Positions 24,541 to 36,279 of a stretch of DNA of 64,000 nucleotides are shown in pieces. Position 1 is the first letter of the stretch; every line of letters begins with the position of its first letter. The stretch spans positions 12,090,001-12,154,000 of the forward strand of contig NC_086108.1 of NCBI RefSeq assembly GCF_963921235.1, given 5' to 3'. Source of the DNA: Mobula hypostoma (taxonomy: Eukaryota). The position numbers were made by a program, and so were the translations under genes. Below the pieces are notes generated by a model. It saw only the letters and a list, made by a program, of their open reading frames with translations. It had not been told where the DNA came from and searched no databases.

Positions 24541-25139
24541 GGGCTGATTAAAAGGCATGTGCACACATGTGCATGCGTGGCGTATGGGGTGAGAGGGAGG
24601 AGGTCCAGTTTGTGAAGCGTTTATGGGAGAACACAGATTAAGAGGAAGGAAGTGAGGGAGTGAGACTGGTGAGAGTGTCATGGTCTGGTCCGTAAAGTCC
24701 ACATTCTGGTTCACGGTCCGGTCCGTGGACTCAGGACTCTGGGTCTTCCAGCTGTCCCTTGTATTGATTGAGTTAATCATAGGCACCTGATTCCTTTCTT
24801 GGGGCTTGGAATATAAGTAGCCTTGGGGTTGAGTATGGGGGGGCTGGTTTGTCTTGTTAAGATCCCCAGGGAGCAACCTGGTGGTTGAAGGCTAGAGCGG
24901 CCACTTGTCTTCTTTTAGGCTGTGTTGGAGAACCATTGCTTCATGAAGCCTTGCTGTCAGTAGTCGGACCTGTCTTTGGGGTATGGATTCGGCCATTTCC
25001 CAGGCCAGCTGAGTGGCTGCTAGCCACTCCGAGCTAGGTAGGGATCTGGCAGTTTCCGTAGCCAGCTGAGGTTGCTGGCTGAACTGAGACTCAGAGCTAC
25101 CCCGGAGCAGAGATGGAACTGTCTGTCATTCTTTGGTGT

Positions 25140-25460
25140 TTGTCTCTTCTTGTCCTTGCCTCCGTGGGGTAAGTCAAGCCGTTTTGCCATTGCCCTGTGG
25201 GGGGATCTGTCTTGTCTTGTCCTTGCCTCCATGGGGTAAGTCAGGCTGTCCTGTTGTTGCCCTGCGTGGGGTCCTGTCTAGTCTTGTCCTCACCACCGTG
25301 GGGTAAGTCAGGCTGTTTTGCTGTTGCCCTGCGGGGGGGGATCTGTCTTGTCTTGTCCTCGCCTCCGTGGGATAAGTCAGCCCGTTCTGCCTTTGCACCA
25401 CGGGGGGATCTGTCTTGTCTTGTCCTTGCCTCTGTTGGGTAAGTCTGGCTGTTCTGCCGT
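25140..25460. repeat. ~60-bp tandem repeat, about 5 copies
   Basis: Unit approximates GTCTTGTCTTGTCCTTGCCTCCGTGGGGTAAGTCAGGCTGTTTTGCTGTTGCCCTGCGGGGGGATCT. Confidence 0.9.
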
Positions 25461-25659
25461 TACCCAACAGGTGGACCTGTCTCACCTTGGTGTGGAGATA
25501 AAGTTGAGTCCTGGCTTGTCTATGGCTGAGTCCCAGCTCTATGTCTATGTACTGTCCAGTCTCATGTTAGTGTCGAGTAAAAGATAAGTCCCAGCTCTCT
25601 GTTGATGTTCAGTTCCCAGTCTGTCTCCGAGTTCCAGCCTCCGAGTTATCAGCCTCTGC

Positions 25660-25838
25660 ATCTCAAGGCCCAAGACCCCAACCTGTCTCCAAGTGCAAGC
25701 CTCAAGACCAAGAGCCCAGCCTCAAGCCCCAAAAGCCAAGACCCCAGCCGCAAGCCCCAAGAGCCAAGACCCCAGCCACAAGCCTCAAGAGCCAAGACCC
25801 CAGCCTGTCTCCAAACTCAAACCTGAAGACCCCAGCCA
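25660..25838. repeat. Short tandem repeat with core CAAGAGCCAAGACCCCAGCC
   Basis: About 6-7 irregular 20-27-bp units. Confidence 0.85.
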
Positions 25839-26243
25839 CATCCTGTCCGGTAGCCATGTCATGTCCTTGCCTAGTTCTGGGGTCCAAGCCCGAGGCAAGA
25901 CCCAGGTCCTGGGTCCTTGTCCAGTCTCTGGCTCGGAGTCCAAGCCTTGGCTCCTCGTTCATAGATCCTTGTCTGGGTTCCCTGTTTCTTGTCCATGTCC
26001 TAGCCCAAGTCTGCGTTCTTGTCCCTGCTCCTTGTCTGTATTCTGTCACGTCCCTACTCTATTCAAGTCCTGTTCCTTGTACTTCAGTGTCTGTGTCTTG
26101 CATTTGGGTCCATTCCCAATGCACCCTTTGTGAGAGAGAGTGCTTTGAGCTTTCAGTTTTCATAGGGGCTCCTGTAGCCCAGCATAACACTGATCCACTA
26201 ACAGCAGAGCAATATTTAACAGAACTCAGCGTCCTCTACAACC

Positions 26244-26312
26244 ATAAACACAAGAGATTCTGCAGGTGCTGGAAATCTAGAGCAACGCACACAAAATACT
26301 GGAGGAACTCAT
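26244..26312 (-). mobile_element. PLE terminal-repeat fragment
   Basis: TCTGCAGGTGCTGGAAAT...ACAAAATACTGGAGGAACTCA, as at 41457-41525. Confidence 0.75.
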
Positions 26313-26568
26313 CTATAGTCATGAGTGTTGCTGCACTCATTGCATTTGCTTCGAGACATTGGTTCGATGGGAGCTAGGAGAACCAAGTTTCAGAAGTGTG
26401 AGGCTGCATATATATGGAGCTTTTAGTGGACAGCCCACTGAGGAATCAGTCCTGTCCATAAAGCGAATGAAAACTCCAACAATGCAAATACTGTACCATT
26501 GAAAACTCCAACAATGCAAATACCACACAGTGCAGAGATCATTGTAACAAATTGCCAACTTCTCAAAA

Positions 26569-27044
26569 AGTTCAAATTACATTTATTATCGAAGTACATA
26601 TACCATGTACAACCTTGAGGTCTGTCTCCTTACAAGCAGCCAGAAAACAAAGAAGCTCAATTGAATCCATTTAAAAGAAGACAATCAAACACCCATTGTG
26701 CGAAAAAAGAACAAGTTGTGCAATAATAAAAGGTAAAGAAATAAATTCAGAACTAAAGTTCACAAACGTGAGTTCACAGTCACAAAGCTAGTCACAGCCA
26801 GTCCAGGAGTCTGTTAATGCAAGCCACAGCCTGAGGTCAGCACAGAGACAAGTAAACCTCGCTGAATGGTGAGCTGTACACTGGCCCAGCTCTCGCCTCC
26901 AGCGCCAACACACTAACCTTTTCAATCTGGCTTGGTGCTTAAATCAGCCAAACCTCGGCTCATCCTCAGTCTCTTACCCTTGCTGCTTCAATATGTACTC
27001 GGCCTGGGCCTGGGCCTTGCCACCTTCATTTGGCCCATACCTGA
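26569..27044 (-). mobile_element. Non-coding element with Rex1-type tail (related to 24067-24360)
   Basis: Shared AGTTCAAA.TACATTTATTATC...ACAACCTTGAG...GTCTCCTTACA. Confidence 0.65.
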
Positions 27045-27522
27045 TGTTATGTTTTGTTACTTCAAAACATTTAACCAATTTAAAAGAAGACATGAGAGTC
27101 CGGGAATGCAGGTCTGTGGTAAACCATATATATGCTATAACTGGGTTAACTGTCTGGACATGCCCCTCTGCTGACTGCCCCTGTGGCTCCTCCCACAGAG
27201 TCCTGTATAAAGATGTTTTGTCTTGCCCCTCCCCCTCAGTCCGGGGGCAGACACTCACCATGGAGGTCTTATTGTACAGTGAATAAAAGCCTTTCGGTAT
27301 TTTACCAAACCTCAGTCTTTTGGAGTTATTGAAGGTGCTTCAAGATCTAACTTTATGTTTACTTTAAGCGAGATACACACATATCACGTGATGATGATGT
27401 ACGGAATTTACATATTTATACAGGTAAGTCGTAATGAATTATTTAAATGAACAAGAATGCTTAACCAAACAATATATTTACAAGATTACTCAAATATTAC
27501 CGAAAATAATAAATACACAACA
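27045..27522. mobile_element. Solo-LTR-like element (outer) containing a second LTR
   Basis: TGTTATG...CACAACA inverted termini; no TSD visible. Confidence 0.55.
27115..27342 (+). mobile_element. 228-bp solo LTR (inner)
   Basis: TGTGGT...GCTTCA, with TATAAAG (~27206) and AATAAA (~27282) in U3-R order. 5-bp TSD AGGTC / AGATC. Confidence 0.75.
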
Positions 27523-28289
27523 CCCAGTCTTTCCTGTCTGGCCCAATGCTTAACTTTTGACCCAAGCATTCCTATAAACATGTTATGCTGTAATAGCATC
27601 TTCCTACCAGTGGGAGCACCAGTCACAGTAAATACACGCTCTCTGTTGTAAATGTGCTCACTGGCACAGTCTGTTCTAGTTCACCTCACTCCTAATGTCA
27701 CCTCATTTACACTACACTGAATCTTCATCACCCCACCTCCCACAGGATACAAGATTAACCAGTGCCTAATTTTGTAAATTATTAAAATAGAGAATCCATT
27801 CAATGGTAAAATATTTCAATTATTAAAACTCCATTACCTGGCATATTCATTTATTTTAATGAAATATTATATATTTAATAAATTCAAGCTCTTCATGTTT
27901 ATTTTAAGTAATTAGTGTTTTTCTAGGCGTTAATAGCTTTGAACTTTGAGTATATGATTGTAACTCTTGATATATAAGTTAACAAGGATTCTATCCTTGG
28001 CATGCTGCCGTGCCCACACCAGCTATCTGCAGACTCGAATAAGAAGGTGGAGCATGTGAACCAGACAGTGAGAAATCAACTGCCCTCATTGAGGATCAAA
28101 GATCAACTTTATTCGCCATATGCAGACACACTTAGAAATGTTCAAAGCTGAGCATCAGGTCCAGCCTTCAGAGCTGTGCAGAATGCTGGCATTAAAAAAA
28201 AATATTTGATTCCTATATGCACACCAGAATAAGAAGGCAGAGTGTGTAAAATAGACAGTGATAAATCATCTGTGCTGATCAAGGAGCAA

Positions 28290-29460
28290 GGTTCAGGGAC
28301 CAACTTTATTTGCCAAATATATTTACATGTGTTAGGAGTTTGCTGTGGTGTGTTGGTTAGGATGTGACGTGCAACAGGATGCAACAACATTCAACAATTA
28401 TAAAGAATAAGGAATTAATTAAAAATAAGTTAGATATTAAAGTATGGATATGGAATAAATAAATAAATAAATACCAGTATGTATTTACAACGTAAACAGC
28501 ATAATAAAAGGTAGTTTAATGAGGGCAGTGATGGAGTTAATAGATAGAGGGGGGAGGGGGCTAACTGGAATGGTTGATCAGATGGGGAAGAAACTTCTGA
28601 GATGGTGTGGGAATTTTGTTTTAATATTCCTACAGTGTTTTCCAGAATGGAGTTTTTGGACAAGTAGTTTACAAGGGGGTAGGAGGAAGGCAGTGTCCAC
28701 AATAAATTTTCCGGCCTTCTTTATCATCCTGAACAGTGATGGTTGACTGCAGCCAGTCACCTTTTCTGCTGACCTGATAGTTCACTGTAGTTTTGCATAT
28801 TGTGAGAGGATGCTGCGCCAAACGGACAGCCATGGCTGATGTGTGGATGCTGTCTATTTTGGCAGTGTCGAATTGCACCAGGATGTTCTGGGCAAGATGC
28901 AATTTTACCAAATCTCACAGTCAGTACATCCTCTGCTGAGCCTTTTTGTTAATGAGGGAGATATAGTTCTCCCACGAGGTTGTGTGAGGTCATGATACGC
29001 AGGAACCTGAATGTTGAAATGGTGCTCACTGTAGAACTGGTGATAATGAGTGGATGGGAAGGAGACACATTTCTCCTGAAGTCAATATGCATCTCCTCGG
29101 TTTGACGCTCCTCCCCCCCCCCCCCCGCAATATGCATCTCCTTGGTTCTGAGGCCATTCATCTCCAAGTTGTTATGACCGTGCCAGAACACGAGCTTGTT
29201 TACTTCCTGATGGTACTTGGGTTCGTCACCTCTGGTGATTAGTCCAATGACAGTGGTATCATCTGTATACTTTCTCAGTTTAACTGCTGGATCACTGGAG
29301 ACACAGTCATTGGAGTAGAGAGAAAACGAGAGAGGAAGAGAACACACCCCGTGGCATAACAATGTTGAAAGAGTGGGATGTGGAGGTGTGCTTGCCTCAT
29401 CTCACAGACTGCCTCTTGTCAGAGACGAAGATTGGGATCCACCTGCAGACAGAACATCTT
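28290..29460 (-). mobile_element. Rex1-type LINE 3' half, decayed
   Basis: ORF 28949..29362 has FSLYSNDC, KYTDDTTVIGLI, TKEMHIDFRR and FRFL. Confidence 0.85.
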
Positions 29461-29502
29461 GTATTGTTTGTGGGAACTTTCTGTGTAAAGTCATCTGCAG
29501 TA

Positions 29503-30407
29503 CACTAAGTGACCACTCTATTAGGTACACCTGCACACCTGCTCGTTAATGCTAACATCTAATCAGCCAATCAGATAGCAGCAACTCAAGAAAATAAAAG
29601 CATGCAGACATGGTCAAGAGGTTCAGTTGTTATTCGGACCAAACAGCAGAATGGGGAAGAAATGTGATCTAAGTAACTTTGACCATAGAATGATTGTTGG
29701 TGCCAGACAGGGTGGTTTGCGTATCTCAGAAACTACTGATCTCCTGAGATTTTCAAACACAACAGGCTCTAGAGTTTACAGAGAATGGTGCGAGAAACAA
29801 AAGACATCCAGCGAGTGGCAGTTCTGCGGGCAAAAACATCTTAATGAGAGAGGTCAGAAGAGAATAGCCAGACTGGTTCAAGTTGACAGGTGACAACAAC
29901 TTAAATAACTATGTATTACAACAGTGGTGTGCAGCAGAGCATCTCTGAATGTACAAAATGTGGAACCTTGAAGTGGATGGGCTACAGCATCAGAAGACCA
30001 AAGTTCAAAGTAAATTTTATTATCAAAGTACATATTCTTCTTCTTCTTCCTCTTTTTCTTGGGCCCTTAGCTCCCAGTGGAGCATAGATCATCGATGACC
30101 TCCCTCAGTCGACGGTATGGTTGGAGTTCGCCAATATTTCTGTAGTCCATCGCATCCACTCACCATGGAGTTCCATTTTGAAAGGTAAAGATCATTTATG
30201 TCACCATATACAACCCCGAGATTCATTTTCTTGTTGGCATACTCAATAAATCCATAGAATAATGACTATAACAGAATCAATGAAAGACCGCCCAACAAGG
30301 GCAAACAACCAGAACACAGAAGACAACAGACTGTGCAAATACAGACACATACACTCAGTGCCATTTTATTAGGTACAGGAGGTAGCTAATGAAGTGGCCA
30401 CAGAGTG
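29503..30407 (+). mobile_element. Tc1/mariner deletion derivative (transposase N-terminal HTH only) with three TIR copies
   Basis: TA + CACTAAGTGACCACTCTATTAGGTAC, then MGKKCDLSNFDHRMIVGARQGGLRISETTDLL. Direct TIR at 30352-30376 and inverted TIR at 30381-30407. Confidence 0.88.
30001..30345 (-). mobile_element. Rex1-type tail fragment, itself interrupted at ~30035-30190 by an RTE-like 3' end with an (AAG)n tail
   Basis: Matches 22164-22397 on both sides of the inner insert. Confidence 0.7.
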
Positions 30408-30834
30408 CATTTGTGAATGCAACCTCTGTATAAGCATGTGTTGCAATACTTCAGGGAGCTGAACATTGCCTTCAGTGAGCGCATCTTGTATTGAGTGAGA
30501 TGACAGAAGCAGCACTTGGTGAATGGTGATCGGTGAGAGTGATTAAATATTCCTACTATGGTAATCATCACATCAGAGCTGTTTGATGACCATGTTGTGT
30601 ACAGTCAGTTTCAAATTACGATGCTTGTTATTGGTTTCATGCTTGCCTTAGATAATTTCAGTACGAGTCATTTCTGTAAGCAGTCTGTGCGTGATATATT
30701 CAGGACCATTCAGGAGCTAATTATAATTTGTTTAACATTACAGTGTAGCAGTAGGGCCTCCTGTGTAATCTGTGATTCTTCTGAACTTCTTGAACCTTTT
30801 CAAAGGCAACTAAAATGATTGGGTAATTTTTCAA

Positions 30835-31195
30835 GTATTAAAGGAATCGAGGACTATGGGGTTAGTATAGCAAAGATGGGCAGACCAGCCCTGATCCTGA
30901 ATGGTGGAACAAACACAGAGACCTGAATAGCCTCCTGTTTCTCAGATTCAGCTGATCGTCTGATTGGAGGAAGGGCCACAGAGTGAATATACATCCATAA
31001 CACATAGGAATAGAATTAAAAGTCTGCTCTGACATTCCATCATGGCTGATTTATTATCCCACTCAAACACACTCCCACACCTTCTCTCCATAACCTTTGA
31101 CACCCTTACTAATCAAGAACCTATCAACCTCCACTTTCAATACACAATGATTTGGCCTCCAAAGCTGTCTGTGGCAATGAATCCCATAGATTCCC
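30835..31195. mobile_element. Short CR1 3' fragments (+ ~30835-30920; - ~30995-31195)
   Basis: CR1 3' UTR motifs (AATCAAGAACCTATCAACCTC). Confidence 0.65.
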
Positions 31196-31369
31196 TGTGA
31201 GGGAGGGAGGGAGATTGATGGATCCCTGTATTTTAAAGCTCATCAGACCAGATCATAGTCATCGTCCTCCCATCCATTTGCAGGATTAATGGTGAAGCCT
31301 TTGCTATCAGAGGCAGATTGGACAATTAAATATTTTGATGACACTGGACACCTTGAATTTAATCAAGTA

Positions 31370-32135
31370 GAAATAAAAGCATAGTCTACTTTTTAAGTAG
31401 AGAGAAAACTCAAGAATTTGAGATGCAAACGACTTGGGAGTCCTTGTTCAAGGTTCCCTAGAGGTTAATTTGCAGGTTGAGATAGTGGTGAGAAAGGCAA
31501 ATGCAATGTTAGCATTAATTTCAAAAGGGCTAGGTTATAAAAGCAAGGATATAAAGTTGAGGCTGTATAAGGTACCACGGAGGCCTCATCTGGAGTACTC
31601 CGGGCAGTTTTGGGCCACTTATCTAAAAGGATGCGCTAATGTTGGAAAGATTTCAAAGAAGGTTCATGAAAATAGTTCTGGGATTGAAAGGTTTACCATA
31701 TGAGGAGTATTTGATGCCTCTGGGCTTGTATTCGCTGGAATTCAGAAGATTGAGGGGTGATCTCATTGAAACCTGTTGAATGTTGGAAGTCCTCAACATG
31801 TTGTAAGTGGATGTGGAGAGGATGTTTCCTGTGGTGGGGAGTCTAAGACCAGAAGGCACATAGAATACAGGGATGTCCAATTAGAGCAATGATGAAGAGT
31901 AATTTCTTTAGTCAGAGAGTGGTGAATCTGTGCAATTCATTGCCACAGGGGCTGTGGAGGCTGAGTCATTGGGTATATCTAAGGCAGAGGTTGATAGATT
32001 CTTGATTAGTCAGAGCATGAGGGATACGGGGAGAAAGTGGGATATTGGGGCTGAGAGGAAATGGATCAGCCATGATGAAATGGCTGAGCCAAATAACCTA
32101 ATTCTGTGTTTATACCTTAGGGCCTTATGGTTTAA
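31370..32135 (+). mobile_element. CR1 LINE 3' fragment
   Basis: VVRKANAMLALIS...[22 protein letters not shown]. Confidence 0.88.
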
Positions 32136-32677
32136 TTTGTATGCATTTCCCAGGCCTAAGGAAGCTCAGTGGGTGAAAGGAATCAGAGATAGCTTTTTTG
32201 GTTAAGGTAAGGTGTTTATGGTATGACATGAGGGCCAAGAGGATCAATATGCTGCCTCCCAGTCTCTCAGGCCTTTCTCGAATTGGACCCCTCCCCATCT
32301 TCACTCACACACTTTCATGATCTGTTGTCATCTCCCCAACTGCAACAAATGCCTCTTACCCAACCAACAATCGCCAGCAAATTAATTGGCCCCATTAACT
32401 GAATATCAGGAAAGAAGGAGTTACTTCTGCACTTTGGGAAAGCTCTGCTCTTCTGTGAGACTCCGCATTTTGTATGACCTCCCATCTAAACTTCTGTTCC
32501 CCATCCCCCTACCCAAAAACTCCACCAGTCTCAACCCTGAACAGACTCAACCACTGAACACGTCTCCAGGGCAAGGAATTTCAAAGATCTACAATTGCTT
32601 GTTAAAGTAATTTTTCCTACCTTAAACAGAAGTAAACTGCAAGAAAACATATCTATTTTTAATTCAAAGCGTTGTGA

Positions 32678-33785
32678 TCAGAATTAGAATTAGGTTTATT
32701 GTCGCTGACATATATCATGAAATGTGTTGTGTGTTGTGTAGCAACAACACTGTGCAAGCATTACAAATTACAATAAAAAAATAAATGCATTCTGTAACTT
32801 GTGCAAAAGAGGCATAGCAGGTCGTGTAGACCATTCAGAAATCTGATCACAGGTGGGAGGAAAATGTTCCCAAGACATTGAGTTTGGATCTTCTGACCTC
32901 TCTATTTCCTCCCTGATTGCAGTAACAAGAAGAGGGCATTTTCCAGGTGGAGATGGATGCCACATTCCAGAGGTACCTCCTCATGAAGACGTCCTCAGTG
33001 GTGGAGAGGCTGGTGCCCGTGATGGAGCTGACTGAGTCTACAGCCCGCTGAAGCCTCTTCTAGGTCGGAATGAGGATCAGAATCAGATTCATTAACACCA
33101 GCAGATGTTGTGAAATTTGTTGATTTTGCAGCAGCAGTACAATGCAATACAGAATAACAGAGAGAGAAAAAACTGTGAATTACAGTGAGTCTATATATAA
33201 ATAGTTAAATAAGTAGTGCAAAAATAGAAATAAAAAAGTAGTGAGGTAATGTTCATGAGGTAGCGTCCATTCAGAAATCAGATGGCAGACAGGAAGAAGC
33301 TGTTCTTGAATTGTTGAGTGTGTGTCTTCAGGCTTTTGTACCCCCTTCCTGATGGTAACAGTGACAGCAAGGCATGAACTGGATTCTGGGGGTCCTTATT
33401 AAAGAAGACTGCCTTTTTGAGGCATTGTTCCTTGAAGAGGTATGTCCTGGATATCATGCCAACCACAGATCCTGTGCATGGCCCCTCCATATTGGACAGT
33501 GTCGCAAACCTTAAAATGCTCTTAGCAGTACATGTGGAGAAATTTGCTAGAGTCTTTAGTGACATACCAAATCTCTTCAAACTCCTAATGAGGTGAAGAC
33601 ACTGGTGTGCCTTCTTCATGACTACATCAACATGTTGGACCCAGCACTGTCCCTTGGAGAAGTTGACACCCAAGAAGCTGACACACCAGAACCTCAAACT
33701 GCTCACTCTTTCCACTGCTGAACCCTCAATGAGGATTAGTGCATGATCAACCAACCTCACCTTCCTGAAGTCTACTCTGCTGACA
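32678..33785 (-). mobile_element. Two tandem Rex1-type 3' fragments (~32678-33060 and ~33075-33785)
   Basis: ORF 33278..33847 has VDFRK and IEGSAVERVSS; tails are (GATTCT)-like. Confidence 0.8.
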
Positions 33786-33959
33786 CACCACTTACTATCT
33801 GAACTACTTGTTGGTCCTAGCATTTTGTGATTCATGCAATAGAACACTAAAATCGCTCTGTATTGCCATCTCTGTCCATTGAGATTTCTCCTACCTCACA
33901 CTGTTCCACATAAAACCCCAATATCCCAATCACTTATTCTATCTACATCCCACTGCAGA

Positions 33960-35720
33960 ATCACATCCTTGTCGTGGTTTGGAGGCTGGCATGCCTTAAT
34001 GACCCAGAGAGCTATGTTGGCTGGAGTCAGGGCTTTGCAGTTTGTTTGTTGGTCGGGTCACCCATTCCAAACAGGTCAAGGGTTAGAGGCCAGACAAAGA
34101 GTGGTCCACGGACCTCCATTTTCAGTGGGTTCAGCTCAGGGCCAACTGCCCTGACTGGTAAAACTATTCTGTTACATAGTCATAGTCATACTTTATTGAT
34201 CCCGGGGGAAATTGGTTTTCGTTACAGTTGCACCATAAATAATAAATAGTAATAAAACCATAAATAGTTAAATAGTAATATGTAAATTATGCCAGTAAAT
34301 TATGAAATAAGTCCAGGACCAGCCTATTGGCTCAGGGTGTCTGACCCTACAAGGGAGGAGTTGTAAAGTTTGGCCACAGGCAGGAATGACTTCCTATGAC
34401 GCTCTATATTGCATCTCGGTGGAATGAGTCTCTGGCTGAATGTACTCCTGTGCCCAACTAGTACATTATGTATTGGATGGGAGACATTGTCCAAGATGGC
34501 ATGCAACTTGGACAGCATCCTCTTTCAGACACCACCGTCAGAGAGTCCAGTTCCATCCCCACAACATCACTGGCCTTACGAATGAGTTTGTTGATTCTGT
34601 TGGAGTCTGCTACTCTCAGCCTGCTGCCCCAGCACACAACAGCAAACATGATAGCACTGGCCACCACAGACTCATAGAACATCCTCAGCATCGTCCGGCA
34701 GATGTTAAAGGACCTCAGTCTCCTCAGGAAATAGAGACGGCTCTGACCCTTCTTGTAGACAGCCTCAGTGTTCTTTGACCAGTCCAGTTTATTGTCAATT
34801 CGTATCCCCAGGTATTTGTAATCCTCCACCATGTCCACGCTGAACCCCTGGATGGAAACAGGGGTCACCGGAACCTTAGCTCTCCTTAGGTCTACCACCA
34901 GCTCCTTAGTCTTTTTCACATTAAGCTGCAGATAATTCTGCTCACACCATGTGACAAAGTTTCCTACCTTAGCCCTGTACACAGCCTCATCTCCCTTGCT
35001 GATGCATCCAACTATGGCAGGGCCATCCGAAAACTTCTGAAGATGACAAGACTCTGTGCGGTAATTGAAGTCCGAGGTGTAAATGGTGAAGAGAAAGGGA
35101 AACAAGACAGTCCCCTGTGGAGCCCCAGTGCTGCTGATCACTCTGTTGGACACACAGTGTTGCAAGCACACGTACTGTGGTCTGCCAGTCAGGTAATCAA
35201 GAATCCATGACACCAGGGAAGCATCCACCTGCATCGCTGTCAGCTTCTCCCCCAGCAGAGCAGGGCAGATGGTGTTAAACGCACTGGAGAGGTCAAAAAA
35301 CATGACCCTCATAGTGCTCGCTGGCTTGTCCAGGTGGGCGTAGACACGGTTCAGCAGGTAGACGATGGCATCCTCAACTCCTAGTCGAACTGGAGGAGAT
35401 CTAAGTGTGGCCTGACCATAGGCCGGAGTAGCTCCAGAACAAGTCTCTCCAGGGTCTTCATGATGTGGGAGGTCAATGCCACCGGTCTGTAGTCATTGAG
35501 GCCGCTGGGGCATAGCGTCTTCGGCACAGAAACAGTAATGAAGAATCCTTCTACACCTGAGTGTGACAGTATTCCTGAGTTTCCACCCAGGACTTGCTTT
35601 ATTGACAGGAGTGAAAACCGAGAGGAAGCTACTGACATGATGAAGGAAGCCCAGAGATGGAGAATCTTTACTGATGCCCTAAATGCCAGTGGTATAACGG
35701 GCAGTAAGTAAGTAAGTAAG
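33960..35720 (+). mobile_element. RTE-derived non-autonomous element, family A, split by a Rex1 insertion
   Basis: 33960-34175 plus 35528-35720 reconstitute the element seen at 14355-14721; (GTAA)4 tail. Confidence 0.8.
34176..35527 (-). mobile_element. Relatively young Rex1 LINE, 5'-truncated (third family, (ACTATG)n tail)
   Basis: 284-aa ORF 34458..35312 with FFDLSSAFNTI, GAPQGTVL, QKFSDG (from FSDD) and [24 protein letters not shown] lies upstream. Confidence 0.93.
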
Positions 35721-36079
35721 CAGAGTCACAACACCCTTATCACACTAATTTTGTATATTTGCAAATTTGGGAACCTTGCACACTCCAGACCATTAAGGTA
35801 AATAGTGAACGATTGTGTGCCAGAACCCATCCTTTGGGTACTCCAGTAACTACCTCTGCCCAGTCTGAAAATGACTCAATTACACTTTTTCCTATGAGAC
35901 AGCTGATTTTCAATCCATCCTAACACATTTCCTCTGGTCAAAGAGAAATCAAAATTCACAGCTTCCTATGTAGCATCTCGTCAAATGCCTTTTGGAAATC
36001 TGCAAATGCCTATTATGCCACTGGGCAGACGAAATGAAATCTTTCTTCATTGCAGTTTCTGTAACAATTTTTTTTGACC

Positions 36080-36279
36080 TTTCAGGGTCGCTAGTCCTGA
36101 GTTGTACCCCCAGACCTGGAGGGATGGTGAACTACTCTTATTCTGACCTCTACCATTTGACTCTTGGTAATGTGTGACTTTACCAAGAGACAAAGCATAA
36201 AGCCCTGTCTCCAGCCAACTTAGCTCTCTGGGTCATTGAGGCTCGCAAAGCTCTAAAACCGGAGACAAGCTTGTGGTCC
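36080..36279 (-). mobile_element. 5' part of RTE-derived family A
   Basis: The reverse complement contains CCTCAATGACCCAGAGAGCTAAGTTGGCTGGAG. Confidence 0.75.

Larger units (their letters stand above)
24676..26135. mobile_element. 1.46-kb solo-LTR-like element with internal tandem repeats
   Basis: TGTCATGG...TTGTGAGA (TGACA with one substitution), a 5-bp TSD GAGAG (24671-24675 / 26136-26140), and no coding motifs. Confidence 0.75.

Noticed and set aside
25693..26133. Pro/Gln/Lys-rich ORF
   Set aside because: Derived from tandem repeats inside the LTR-like element.
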